This document shows positions 9,822-18,139 of a stretch of DNA of 37,755 bases, piece after piece. A program made the position numbers and the translations under genes. Each line of letters begins with the position of its first letter. Position 1 is the stretch's first letter. The notes under the pieces were generated by a model. It did not search any database and was not told the DNA's origin. It saw nothing but the letters and a program-made list of their open reading frames with translations. The DNA lies in contig JBHIAC010000017.1 of assembly GCA_046758365.1 (NCBI GenBank), forward strand, positions 1 through 37,755, written 5' to 3'. This DNA comes from a bacterium. Lineage in GTDB: Bacteria > Zhuqueibacterota > Zhuqueibacteria > Oceanimicrobiales > Oceanimicrobiaceae.

Positions 9822-10136
9822 TTACTCACGCGGCGCTCCTAATAAAGTTTTAGAAAGGATGCCGACATTGGAAAATTTATCAAAAAGTCCAGTAGCTATA
9901 AATATGATTGAAAGTAAAAAATAGAACATAAATCCTGCCAATAAACCCAGTCCGTATGGTGCAATCCAATCTTCATGTTTACCCAAAAAACCGATAACCG
10001 TAGCACTTCCAACAGCACCAATGGCTACGCTAAGCATTTCAATACTGAACTCCTTTGTATGGCGAACAGCGTAATAAAGCAGATAACCGAAAACAAATCC
10101 AACGGCAAAAATTCCCCAAAAAACTGAGTTGCTCAT
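9822..10136 (-). CDS. Small hypothetical membrane protein (about 3 TM helices)
   Basis: AGGAGGGG RBS and three Gly-rich hydrophobic segments. Confidence 0.75.
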   Translation of the reverse strand: MSNSVFWGIFAVGFVFGYLLYYAVRHTKEFSIEMLSVAIGAVGSATVIGFLGKHEDWIAPYGLGLLAGFMFYFLLSIIFIATGLFDKFSNVGILSKTLLGAPRE

Positions 10137-10221
10137 TTTTTCCCCTCCTGTTTGGAATTAATTATAGAAAGGTAAATACAACTTCAAATTCTCTTCTTAT
10201 ACTCAAGTAAAACTTCCCAAC

Positions 10222-10337
10222 GCGGAAAAGCCGCAACCAAAAATGTTTTTTTTTAACAAAAAAATCTATCCCAACGGATAGAAACAAGTCAACCGATACA
10301 AATTCCTTTAATCCGTTGGGTTGTTTCAATCCATTGG
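10222..10337. repeat. Hairpin repeat element (GCGG-N5-CCGC-AACCAAA head plus long stem-loop)
   Basis: Stem 10271-10287 pairs with 10321-10337 (2 mismatches); same architecture as 26091-26203. Confidence 0.6.
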
Positions 10338-10435
10338 AAAAATTTTTCAGGTTAAAAGATACTAATCAGTAATACTTATCAAGATTTTAGATAAGGCAAA
10401 AGAGATATGAAAAAAAATTACTTATATTAAAATAA

Positions 10436-10533
10436 GGAAATTAAATTAGAGAGTCAACAAATTTAATTCATTTTTAAAACTTATTATTCCTCTAATTTAA
10501 GGAGCCTTCATCTGTTTTTATAATCTTGAGGAT
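10436..10533. repeat. ~97-bp direct repeat, left copy, overlapping a minus-strand promoter
   Basis: Aligns with 25863-25958 (6 mismatches, 2 gaps). Minus strand reads TTGACT-17-TATTTT at 10457-10429. Internal inverted repeat TTAAATTAGAG/CTCTAATTTAA. Confidence 0.9.
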
Positions 10534-10544
10534 AGTTCATCAAA

Positions 10545-11372
10545 CTACAGTTCAACTCCAACGAATCGCTTCAATGAAAACCCAAAGATCAAACTGAATA
10601 CAAAGAATGCCACAAGCCAGTGCAAGGTAATGCCTAAAAACTTAAAATCCCGTTTTGGATACATAACTGAAATTGACGTTGCAGCCGAAGCATTAGGTAA
10701 ACTTGATTCTCCGGGATTTAACAAGGCAGTTATAAAATTATCACTTGCAATCTGAGTCGATATTGGAACCAGTGATTCCACAACCTGTAAACGTTTATTC
10801 AATGTTTTATCGTTGTATCTAAATACAAGATTGTAGATACCTGGTTTTTCCGCCTTAATGCGCCAGTTGATTTCGTCCAGTTGTTGGATTCGCACAGGAG
10901 GTATTTCCATACTTAGTCCATCAGGCAGATCAAGTTCTACCTCATTAAGTACTACTGATTCGGCATGGTCGTTAAGGCGTAGGGAAACAACCGTAGTTTC
11001 CCCTACATTTAAGGGGCGATATTCATAACGAATGCCAAGTTGAATTAATACTATTCCTACCGGGACGATAAGAAAAAGCATAGGTCGAAGGGATTTTATC
11101 ATATAAAATAGAATACTTAAAAAAATATTTTTCATCGTATCAAGCATCAAACTAATATCATCTCGATAAAGACGTATCGCAAGAAAATGACCGGTGACGA
11201 GATTTTTTGCTTTCTTAATGCCCGTCTGATCAGAAGTTGCTTTAAAAACAAATAACATGATAATGCCTGTTAAAAATGAAAAGACCAACATTCCCCAAAC
11301 AGGATCAATACTTTTAAATGGGAAAAATAAAATATTAAAAATAAAATTTAAAAAGGAGTTAATAAGATCCAT
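10545..11372 (-). CDS. Membrane protein resembling the DUF106/EMC3-TMCO1 (Oxa1 superfamily) insertases, with an inserted soluble beta domain
   Basis: Amphipathic N-helix, TM1, basic helical hairpin, TM2 starting SLRPMLFLIVP, beta-rich insert, and TM3 HWLVAFFVFSLIFGFSLKRFVGV. Confidence 0.6.
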   Translation of the reverse strand: MDLINSFLNFIFNILFFPFKSIDPVWGMLVFSFLTGIIMLFVFKATSDQTGIKKAKNLVTGHFLAIRLYRDDISLMLDTMKNIFLSILFYMIKSLRPMLFLIVPVGIVLIQLGIRYEYRPLNVGETTVVSLRLNDHAESVVLNEVELDLPDGLSMEIPPVRIQQLDEINWRIKAEKPGIYNLVFRYNDKTLNKRLQVVESLVPISTQIASDNFITALLNPGESSLPNASAATSISVMYPKRDFKFLGITLHWLVAFFVFSLIFGFSLKRFVGVEL

Positions 11373-11423
11373 GAGGTCTAATATCTACTTCAAATACTTT
11401 CCCATCATTCATTGGTTAATAAA

Positions 11424-11532
11424 CTTAGCGTAGTGAAGCCGCAAATTTCAGAATTGTAGGGATTTGCTTATTCGTACTTTTAGATAAAAAACAATGAAGT
11501 TATTAAGTCATAACACTTCGCTGTCATTTATA
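11424..11532. repeat. ~100-bp dispersed repeat, copy 2 (inverted relative to 1-110)
   Basis: 94/100 identity to the reverse complement of 1-100. Confidence 0.9.
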
Positions 11533-11606
11533 GTCATTGATATTATTAATCATTTTTTCTTGCCTAAAAAAACAAAGATTTGATTGGTAATACTATAAAG
11601 CTACTA

Positions 11607-11795
11607 TCACAAGTATCCTAACCCTTGCAATCGCTTTTTGACTTCTTCCTCAGATTCCGTATCGTCAACCGAAGAAAGCTCTTTTTCTAAAACATGAGTG
11701 ACAAATTCTTCAACTGATGAGTAACCAGCAATTTCCGAAAATTTTTTAACGCGGTCGTAAAGTTCTTTCTCAATTTTTATTTTGGGTTCAAACAT
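11607..11795 (-). CDS. Small CopG-like ribbon-helix-helix protein with C-terminal LxxLGY tail (62 aa)
   Basis: Start MFEPK at 11795 after AAGGAG; strand KIKI, helix ELYDRVKKFSE, GYSSVEEFV helix, and tail EEEVKKRLQGLGYL. Confidence 0.8.
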   Translation of the reverse strand: MFEPKIKIEKELYDRVKKFSEIAGYSSVEEFVTHVLEKELSSVDDTESEEEVKKRLQGLGYL

Positions 11796-12061
11796 GTGGA
11801 TCTCCTTACTCATAGACAAAATGATTAACGACAAAATAATTGAATTCTTAAATAACAATCATTTGTCAATAATTATTTTACCTGTATTAAGTTTTATGGT
11901 ATTACAAATCATATCTTTGTTTTTTCTTGCAAGAAAATTATAAACAATTTACCAAAGCCAATCTCAAAAGGCTAAGGAGATGGAGACACCCCTAATCTTA
12001 TTCTTGGCCTTGGCCTTTGTCTCAGCCTAAGTGCGACTTCGCCGCGCTAAGAAAATCCAGG

Positions 12062-14029
12062 TTAGTAGATTGAATGTCCAACCATTTCGTCTTCTTTTTC
12101 AATCCCAAATTCAGCAAGAATCGTTGGAGCTAAATCATACAGTTTAGGAGCATGTGAATTCAATTTCTTATTGGATAAAATTACACCCGGGACGAGTTCA
12201 GCAGCCATACAATGATCGCCGCTCCATGGATCCCTATTATCTGTGATCCATTCCAATGGGAAATTACCAATAGTTGTTTCCCATGAAGCCCGATAACCAC
12301 GGTTGTAACCAATAACAAGATCTGGAGCGTAATCAAGATTTTTACCCGAATAGATTTCCTCAGCCTTGTAAACTCGATCCACTATTTTATTTCCATTTTT
12401 AGGATCACGTAGAGCTAAAAGTTTTTCACTTATTTCCTTTAATAAAGATTCTTTCCCAAGGCGACTGACAAAACCATTGACTTCTCGTCCGAGTAAATTT
12501 ATATAAAGACCATTAAATCCTATTCCATAGGCTAGCGTCCGTGTCCAATCAACATTCTGAAAATATCCGATTTCTGCTTGTTTAGATTCATCGATGAGGG
12601 TGATATATCCCTCATTTTTCAACCATGTATTTAGATGAAAAGCGCGCCTGAAGGGCGCAAACCCATGATCAGACATGATAATTAGGGTAGTATTTTCTCC
12701 CATGTGTTCCATGGCTTTACCCACAACAGCATCAACACTTTCATAAACTGAGGCAATCACGTAGCCAAATTTTTTTGCTTTTTCAGTATCAAAGGCGGGA
12801 TGCCCTGGATCAATCATATTGTAGAACATATGTGCGGTTAAATCTGTACTTGAAAAATAGAAGAACAATAACCCCTCTTTAAAATCATCGAACACATGAT
12901 CAAATAGAAATAAACGCTCTTTCAGCACATTTTGACTTTGACTAAGGAAATCATCATAATCAAATACCCCCCAAGATAACGCCTTGGTATCTTCAGGCAT
13001 GCCTTGAGTATAAAAATACCCACAACATTTATACAATTCTTGCACATATTCCTCTGGAGTAGAAACTGGTAAAGCGGGATTTGAGGGATCAATATTGATC
13101 GGAGTGAGGTACAATTTGAAATTTGGTCTCACTTCTTTGAGATAAAATCGGCAGATTCCTGTAACCGATTGCAATGCCGGTATTAATTCAAACTTAACTT
13201 GAATCCAATCGCTCCATTCTTTTTCTTGTAATAAAATTTGATGGCCTTGAATTTCAATTTTGGCTGTGGGATATTCAGGATCGCACCATACTTTAAAGGG
13301 TATTGTTGCATCCCGCTCGTCTACTAAGAATGTGTTTTTGGGGCCGACTAAATTCGCTTCAATCGAATTATTTATGACTGTAACAGGATAAACCACGCCA
13401 CCTGAAATATCATCTCGATTAGGCGGCGGATCATCGGTGTAATACGAAAACGTCCCAAAAGTACCAAGCAAATCAGGCGTACCCATGCCGCTCAAAGCCT
13501 TTCCTTTCGATTTTACTGGTGGGAAATTGACTGGCACCCTGAAAACGGTCGTTGGCACGCCATGATCTTCAAGAATGTTCCAAAATGCTTTGCCTTGACG
13601 CAAATTCTCCACTTTCCCTCCTGATAGAGGAATCATCCATTTACCAATTTTAATCGTATTACCTGAACCTTCAATCTTAGTTGTTGATGAGGTTGGCAAC
13701 ATAATTCGCGGATCTCGGCGAATGAAATCATAGATTCCGTGACCCCCTGGATTCATTCCAGTAATAAAATTTGACCAGGCAACAGGGCTTTGGGGAGGTA
13801 TACTCGTTTCTAATGGTTTGTAATCGCCCGTGGTTGCCAACTTTGAAAAATTCGGCAACCGACCTTCACTCATGTATTGCGATAGAAGCTGGGGGTCCAT
13901 TCCGTCAAAACCAATGACAATTACCTTTTTATTTAAAGAATTGGATTGATTTTTTGCACATCCACAAAAGAATAAACCCGTTATCACTAAGCAAATGGTA
14001 AACAAAACAATTAAATTAGACTTAATCAT
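12062..14029 (-). CDS. Alkaline phosphatase superfamily, type I phosphodiesterase/NPP-like lipoprotein
   Basis: IGFDGMD, PPQSPVAWS..TG.NPGGHGIYDF, SDHGF, WSGDH, DLAPT; lipobox-like FCGC. Confidence 0.9.
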   Translation of the reverse strand: MIKSNLIVLFTICLVITGLFFCGCAKNQSNSLNKKVIVIGFDGMDPQLLSQYMSEGRLPNFSKLATTGDYKPLETSIPPQSPVAWSNFITGMNPGGHGIYDFIRRDPRIMLPTSSTTKIEGSGNTIKIGKWMIPLSGGKVENLRQGKAFWNILEDHGVPTTVFRVPVNFPPVKSKGKALSGMGTPDLLGTFGTFSYYTDDPPPNRDDISGGVVYPVTVINNSIEANLVGPKNTFLVDERDATIPFKVWCDPEYPTAKIEIQGHQILLQEKEWSDWIQVKFELIPALQSVTGICRFYLKEVRPNFKLYLTPINIDPSNPALPVSTPEEYVQELYKCCGYFYTQGMPEDTKALSWGVFDYDDFLSQSQNVLKERLFLFDHVFDDFKEGLLFFYFSSTDLTAHMFYNMIDPGHPAFDTEKAKKFGYVIASVYESVDAVVGKAMEHMGENTTLIIMSDHGFAPFRRAFHLNTWLKNEGYITLIDESKQAEIGYFQNVDWTRTLAYGIGFNGLYINLLGREVNGFVSRLGKESLLKEISEKLLALRDPKNGNKIVDRVYKAEEIYSGKNLDYAPDLVIGYNRGYRASWETTIGNFPLEWITDNRDPWSGDHCMAAELVPGVILSNKKLNSHAPKLYDLAPTILAEFGIEKEDEMVGHSIY

Positions 14030-16226
14030 TGATTGATGCTACCTCTGTTGCTTTGGTTGGCTTTACAGATGTAGGTGAAAAAGGGTTCTTCTCGGTCTCT
14101 AGTTTGGTTTCGTTAAAGATGGATTGTCCCTCTATATAAGCAGGCTTTTTGATCCCAAATAATTCAAGAACCGTAGGCGCGATATCCATTAACCTTGGTT
14201 TTGATGACCTAATTTTTCGGTTACTAAAAATAACACCTGGAACAAGACGCGGATCGATACAATGGTCACCACTCCAAGCCTTAACATTGTCCTCAAATAT
14301 CACATCGTCTACAACGCCTTTTGCTCCTTTCCACGAAATGCGATATCCAACATTATAGCCGCTAATTAAATCTGGTGCATTATCAATGTAAGGACCATTA
14401 TAAATCTTACGACTATCAAACATTTCAGTGATAGATACTTCGCCATTTTCCGGATCCTTGAGACCAGAAAGCTTTTTGATCAATTCGGCTTTCAGCTTAT
14501 GATATTCTTCACCTGGATGGACAATACCGTTCTTTTCACGCCCTTTAACATTGATATAAATACCTGCCAAACCAAGTGCATAAGCTTTAGTTTTCTCCCA
14601 GTCCACCCCTTGAAAATAGTCACCGCTTTCTGTAACACCTTCTTTTAGAGAAAGATAATCATTCTTTTTTAACCAAACATTAAGGTTGATTCCACGTTTG
14701 AAAGATTTGAAACCATGGTCAGAAAGAACTATGAAAACATCATCTTTACTAATTTTTTCCATTGTAAGGCCAACAAGACTATCCATGCGGATATACAAAT
14801 CTTCAATTACATTTTTATACGTATCAGTTTCTTTATTTTGATTAGCAGGATGATCAACTTCAAGTGTTCTAAAGAACATATGTTGAATTCGATCGGGTGC
14901 ATCAATTACCATCGCACATAACCCTGTTTTGGTTTTATCTAAAGCATGAAAAAATAGTCTTTCACGTTCTTCATGAATTAAATATGTTTGTTTCAAAAAG
15001 GCTTCTTCATTTAGGACGCCGTCATTTAATGCCCAGGTATCCTCAGCCAAGCCCAACGTTGCATATTTTCCCAAGAGTTTTGAAAGATAAACTGAATAAA
15101 ATGATGGATGAGAAATAGGCAGGGCCGGTTTTTCAGGATCAATATTTATTGGTGTCATATATAAACGAAAATGTGGTCGTGTTTCAAGTAGATAAAATTT
15201 TGCGATTCCTTGTACCTTGATACCTAATCCTGCTTTGAATTTTAGTTCAATCCAGTCTGAATAAGTATTTTTTTCAAGATAAACCTTTTTCTTGTCAAGG
15301 ATTAATTCTACTTGATGATCGCTTAATATATTTGCAATAAATGGGAGTTTCATCTGTTCGTGTTTCTTGGTAATTGAATTTTCCGGGCCTTGAATATAGC
15401 CTTCAACTCGTGTCCCGATCCTTTCAACAATGGATGTATAGCCACCTTCTTTGAGAGGGTTTATCGAGTCATCTGTTGTAAAAAATGAGAATGTCCCTTG
15501 AGTTCCCCAAAGGTCAGGAGTACACATGGCTGAAAGCATAGCGCCATTAAGTTTCTCTGGGGGAAAAGTGATTGGCACTCTCAAAACATGACAAAAAATC
15601 CCATGATTACCTAAAATTTTCCAAAAACTTTTGCTCTTTCTTAAGAATCGAACCACAGGTTTACCGAGTGGAATTTCATATTTGCCTAACGATAATTTAC
15701 GCTTTGGTGTACCTACTTTAGAAGATGATAATTTTGGTAAGTAAGTGTGAAATTCACGGGAAAGAAAATCAAAAATATTATGTTGTCCTGGCCCTACTCC
15801 GGTTGAAAATGCAGACCAAGCAACAGGAGAAATAGCTGGATAAGTGGTTTGCAAATGTGAGTAAGACCCTTGTTGTTGTAGATTCTGCAAATTGGGTAAT
15901 TTACCTTCTTCTAGCATCCGTTCGGTGATTGTTGGTTCAAGACCATCAAGACCTAGAATTATAACACGATCAGTTTTTGCATTTGCAAGTGCTTTTCTAC
16001 GTTTGAAAAATCGTATAAAAACACGTATGGGCCAAGTAAGTAATGTTAAAAAAGCCATAATAAAGCTAACAAATACCATTAAAAATGAAGTTAGAAATGC
16101 AAACCCAGCGCCCGGTCCAATATAGGCTAAAGCAGGTTGTACATCGACTATCATAAATAATGTGAAAAAAACAAAAGCAAGAATCCACATTTTTATTTTT
16201 CTTCTATACTCTATATATATCTTCAT
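14022..16226 (-). CDS. Alkaline phosphatase superfamily, type I phosphodiesterase/NPP-like protein with N-terminal AYIGPG membrane module
   Basis: LGLDGLE, PAISPVAWS, SDHGF, WSGDH, DIAPT; N-terminus has signal peptide + YIGPGAG + TM helix + basic cluster; overlaps the next gene by 8 nt. Confidence 0.9.
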   Translation of the reverse strand: MKIYIEYRRKIKMWILAFVFFTLFMIVDVQPALAYIGPGAGFAFLTSFLMVFVSFIMAFLTLLTWPIRVFIRFFKRRKALANAKTDRVIILGLDGLEPTITERMLEEGKLPNLQNLQQQGSYSHLQTTYPAISPVAWSAFSTGVGPGQHNIFDFLSREFHTYLPKLSSSKVGTPKRKLSLGKYEIPLGKPVVRFLRKSKSFWKILGNHGIFCHVLRVPITFPPEKLNGAMLSAMCTPDLWGTQGTFSFFTTDDSINPLKEGGYTSIVERIGTRVEGYIQGPENSITKKHEQMKLPFIANILSDHQVELILDKKKVYLEKNTYSDWIELKFKAGLGIKVQGIAKFYLLETRPHFRLYMTPINIDPEKPALPISHPSFYSVYLSKLLGKYATLGLAEDTWALNDGVLNEEAFLKQTYLIHEERERLFFHALDKTKTGLCAMVIDAPDRIQHMFFRTLEVDHPANQNKETDTYKNVIEDLYIRMDSLVGLTMEKISKDDVFIVLSDHGFKSFKRGINLNVWLKKNDYLSLKEGVTESGDYFQGVDWEKTKAYALGLAGIYINVKGREKNGIVHPGEEYHKLKAELIKKLSGLKDPENGEVSITEMFDSRKIYNGPYIDNAPDLISGYNVGYRISWKGAKGVVDDVIFEDNVKAWSGDHCIDPRLVPGVIFSNRKIRSSKPRLMDIAPTVLELFGIKKPAYIEGQSIFNETKLETEKNPFSPTSVKPTKATEVASIND

Positions 16227-16349
16227 TTAAAAATAAATAGAATAAATCTCTGAATCTAGTCTATTTTGAACCGCGCACACTTGGCTGCTTTTAAAATGCC
16301 CGATGACAGACTGCGAAGATCAGAAGAATGATTCGGTGCGGCGGCAACC

Positions 16350-17864
16350 TTACTTGATGTACCCAAGGCTCTTCAGGGTTTCCAGCATCTTTTCATCCGC
16401 GCGGCTGGCCTTGGGGTCGCGACTCTCCGGGCTCTGGCTCGCCCTCTCGTAGGTGTCGATGTACTCCACCGGCCGCCGCCCCGATTTCATGACCGGCGGC
16501 AGCACTCTTCCTTTCATGTCTCGGGGTACGGGGCGACCCAACAGATGGAGCACAGTCGGGGCGATATCGAGTACGGTCGCTTCCTTAACCCGCGCTCCCG
16601 CCTCCACAGACCCGCCGGCCATGGCAATGACTCCCGGCGGCGCCACATTGTAGTGAATCCCGGATACGTTGGGCGTATCATCCCTTCGGCCGGTGACAAA
16701 CCCATGGTCCGACACCACCATGACTAGGCAGTGCTCTGACGCCTGGTCGAGTAGGGGACCGATGGACTCGTCCACGTAGGCATAGTAGCGGGCGATCACC
16801 TCCCCGTACTTACGGACATCGACCGGTGCCACGCCATCTGGCCACTCCTTGGGAAAGCGGTACTTCCAAAAATAGTGGGAGGCGATGTCGATCCCGTTGA
16901 TGTAGTAGGCCACGAAGTCAAAGGTCTCCTCGGCCAGCACGCGCTCCACCATCTTACGGTACCCTTCGTCCCGGTTGTAGGCCAGCGCTAGCTCGTACCT
17001 GGGGTCGTGGATGCGGTGATCCTCCTGGCTCAGGACACTACCGGCTTCCCCGGGGATGAATCGGGCAAGGAACTCTGCCTCCAACTCCTCGGCCCGAACC
17101 TCGGCAAGATCGGCCAAGTGCGAGAAGAGCGCCGGGGGATAGGTCTGTTCCGGCAGCTCCTCGCCGTAACGTGGCAAGCCGAGCCAGGGGTTGAAGCGCG
17201 AGTACATCATGCGGTCCGAGATCATGACCCCGTTCACCGGCTCTGCCGGCCAAGTAGTCCACCAACCCACTATCGCCACCCGCAGGGGAGTTCTTCCGGT
17301 GACTCTCTCCGAGAGCATGTTCCAAAGAGCCTTCACCCGGCGTGTATTCGAGGTGTAGGGAACGCGGGTGCTGGTGTAGGCTACCCTGCGCACGAACCCC
17401 TCGATTCCGTGCTCGTCTGGGAGCTTTCCCGTGGCCACCGTGGCCCAGATGCTGGGAGAGAGGGTAGGAAGCAGCGTCAGGAGGCGGCCCGAAGCACCTC
17501 GCTCGAGGAAGCGAGCCAGATTGGGCATGGTTCCGTTGGCAACCAGGGGCTCCACCACTCGCCACTCCAGGCCATCGAGCCCGATGAGGATGACCCGATT
17601 GACCACGGTGCCTCCTTGCTCCCGGCATCCGGTGGCGAGAAGCAGGACGATTATGAGCAGGTGAAGCCACCAAATGAGGTTGCGCTTCTCCCTGTGCCTT
17701 CCGTCTCGCCCAGGCACGGTTTTTTTTACTTCCACCTGATCTACAGAGTTGAAGAAAGGATAAAGTCCTAGCGTCTGTGTCATACGAGGATTAATAGGAT
17801 AGCCTAATTCTTGAGAAAATTGAGGATTGGAATAACATTGTTTACACTTTACGGGTATATCCAT
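16350..17864 (-). CDS. Alkaline phosphatase superfamily (NPP-like) probable lipoprotein, GC-rich; start uncertain (ATG 17864 or GTG 17717)
   Basis: IGLDGLEW, PTLSPSIWATVATG, SDHGF, DIAPT, lipobox ATGC, and C-terminal LKSLGYIK. Confidence 0.88.
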   Translation of the reverse strand: MDIPVKCKQCYSNPQFSQELGYPINPRMTQTLGLYPFFNSVDQVEVKKTVPGRDGRHREKRNLIWWLHLLIIVLLLATGCREQGGTVVNRVILIGLDGLEWRVVEPLVANGTMPNLARFLERGASGRLLTLLPTLSPSIWATVATGKLPDEHGIEGFVRRVAYTSTRVPYTSNTRRVKALWNMLSERVTGRTPLRVAIVGWWTTWPAEPVNGVMISDRMMYSRFNPWLGLPRYGEELPEQTYPPALFSHLADLAEVRAEELEAEFLARFIPGEAGSVLSQEDHRIHDPRYELALAYNRDEGYRKMVERVLAEETFDFVAYYINGIDIASHYFWKYRFPKEWPDGVAPVDVRKYGEVIARYYAYVDESIGPLLDQASEHCLVMVVSDHGFVTGRRDDTPNVSGIHYNVAPPGVIAMAGGSVEAGARVKEATVLDIAPTVLHLLGRPVPRDMKGRVLPPVMKSGRRPVEYIDTYERASQSPESRDPKASRADEKMLETLKSLGYIK

Positions 17865-18139
17865 TGTACCTCCTTAATTATTTGCTGAAGCAGGTTTCAC
17901 AAAATTCAGGTAGACCTGGTGAGGTCGGCGGTCGACCTATCACTTCAGCATCTAGCCGAGAGTCTTCTTAGACTCGAACGTTTGCGCTATCGTATGTCCT
18001 CTTCCTGCGTCGCAAGAGGGTTCCTTCACTGCTTTCCTAGAGACATGGACGAAAACCCCAAATTTGCAGAATTAACAACATCTAAGTTATTGTTTTTTTG
18101 ATCGAGTTTTTTCTAAAAATATACTTTCCGTCCACGTCT

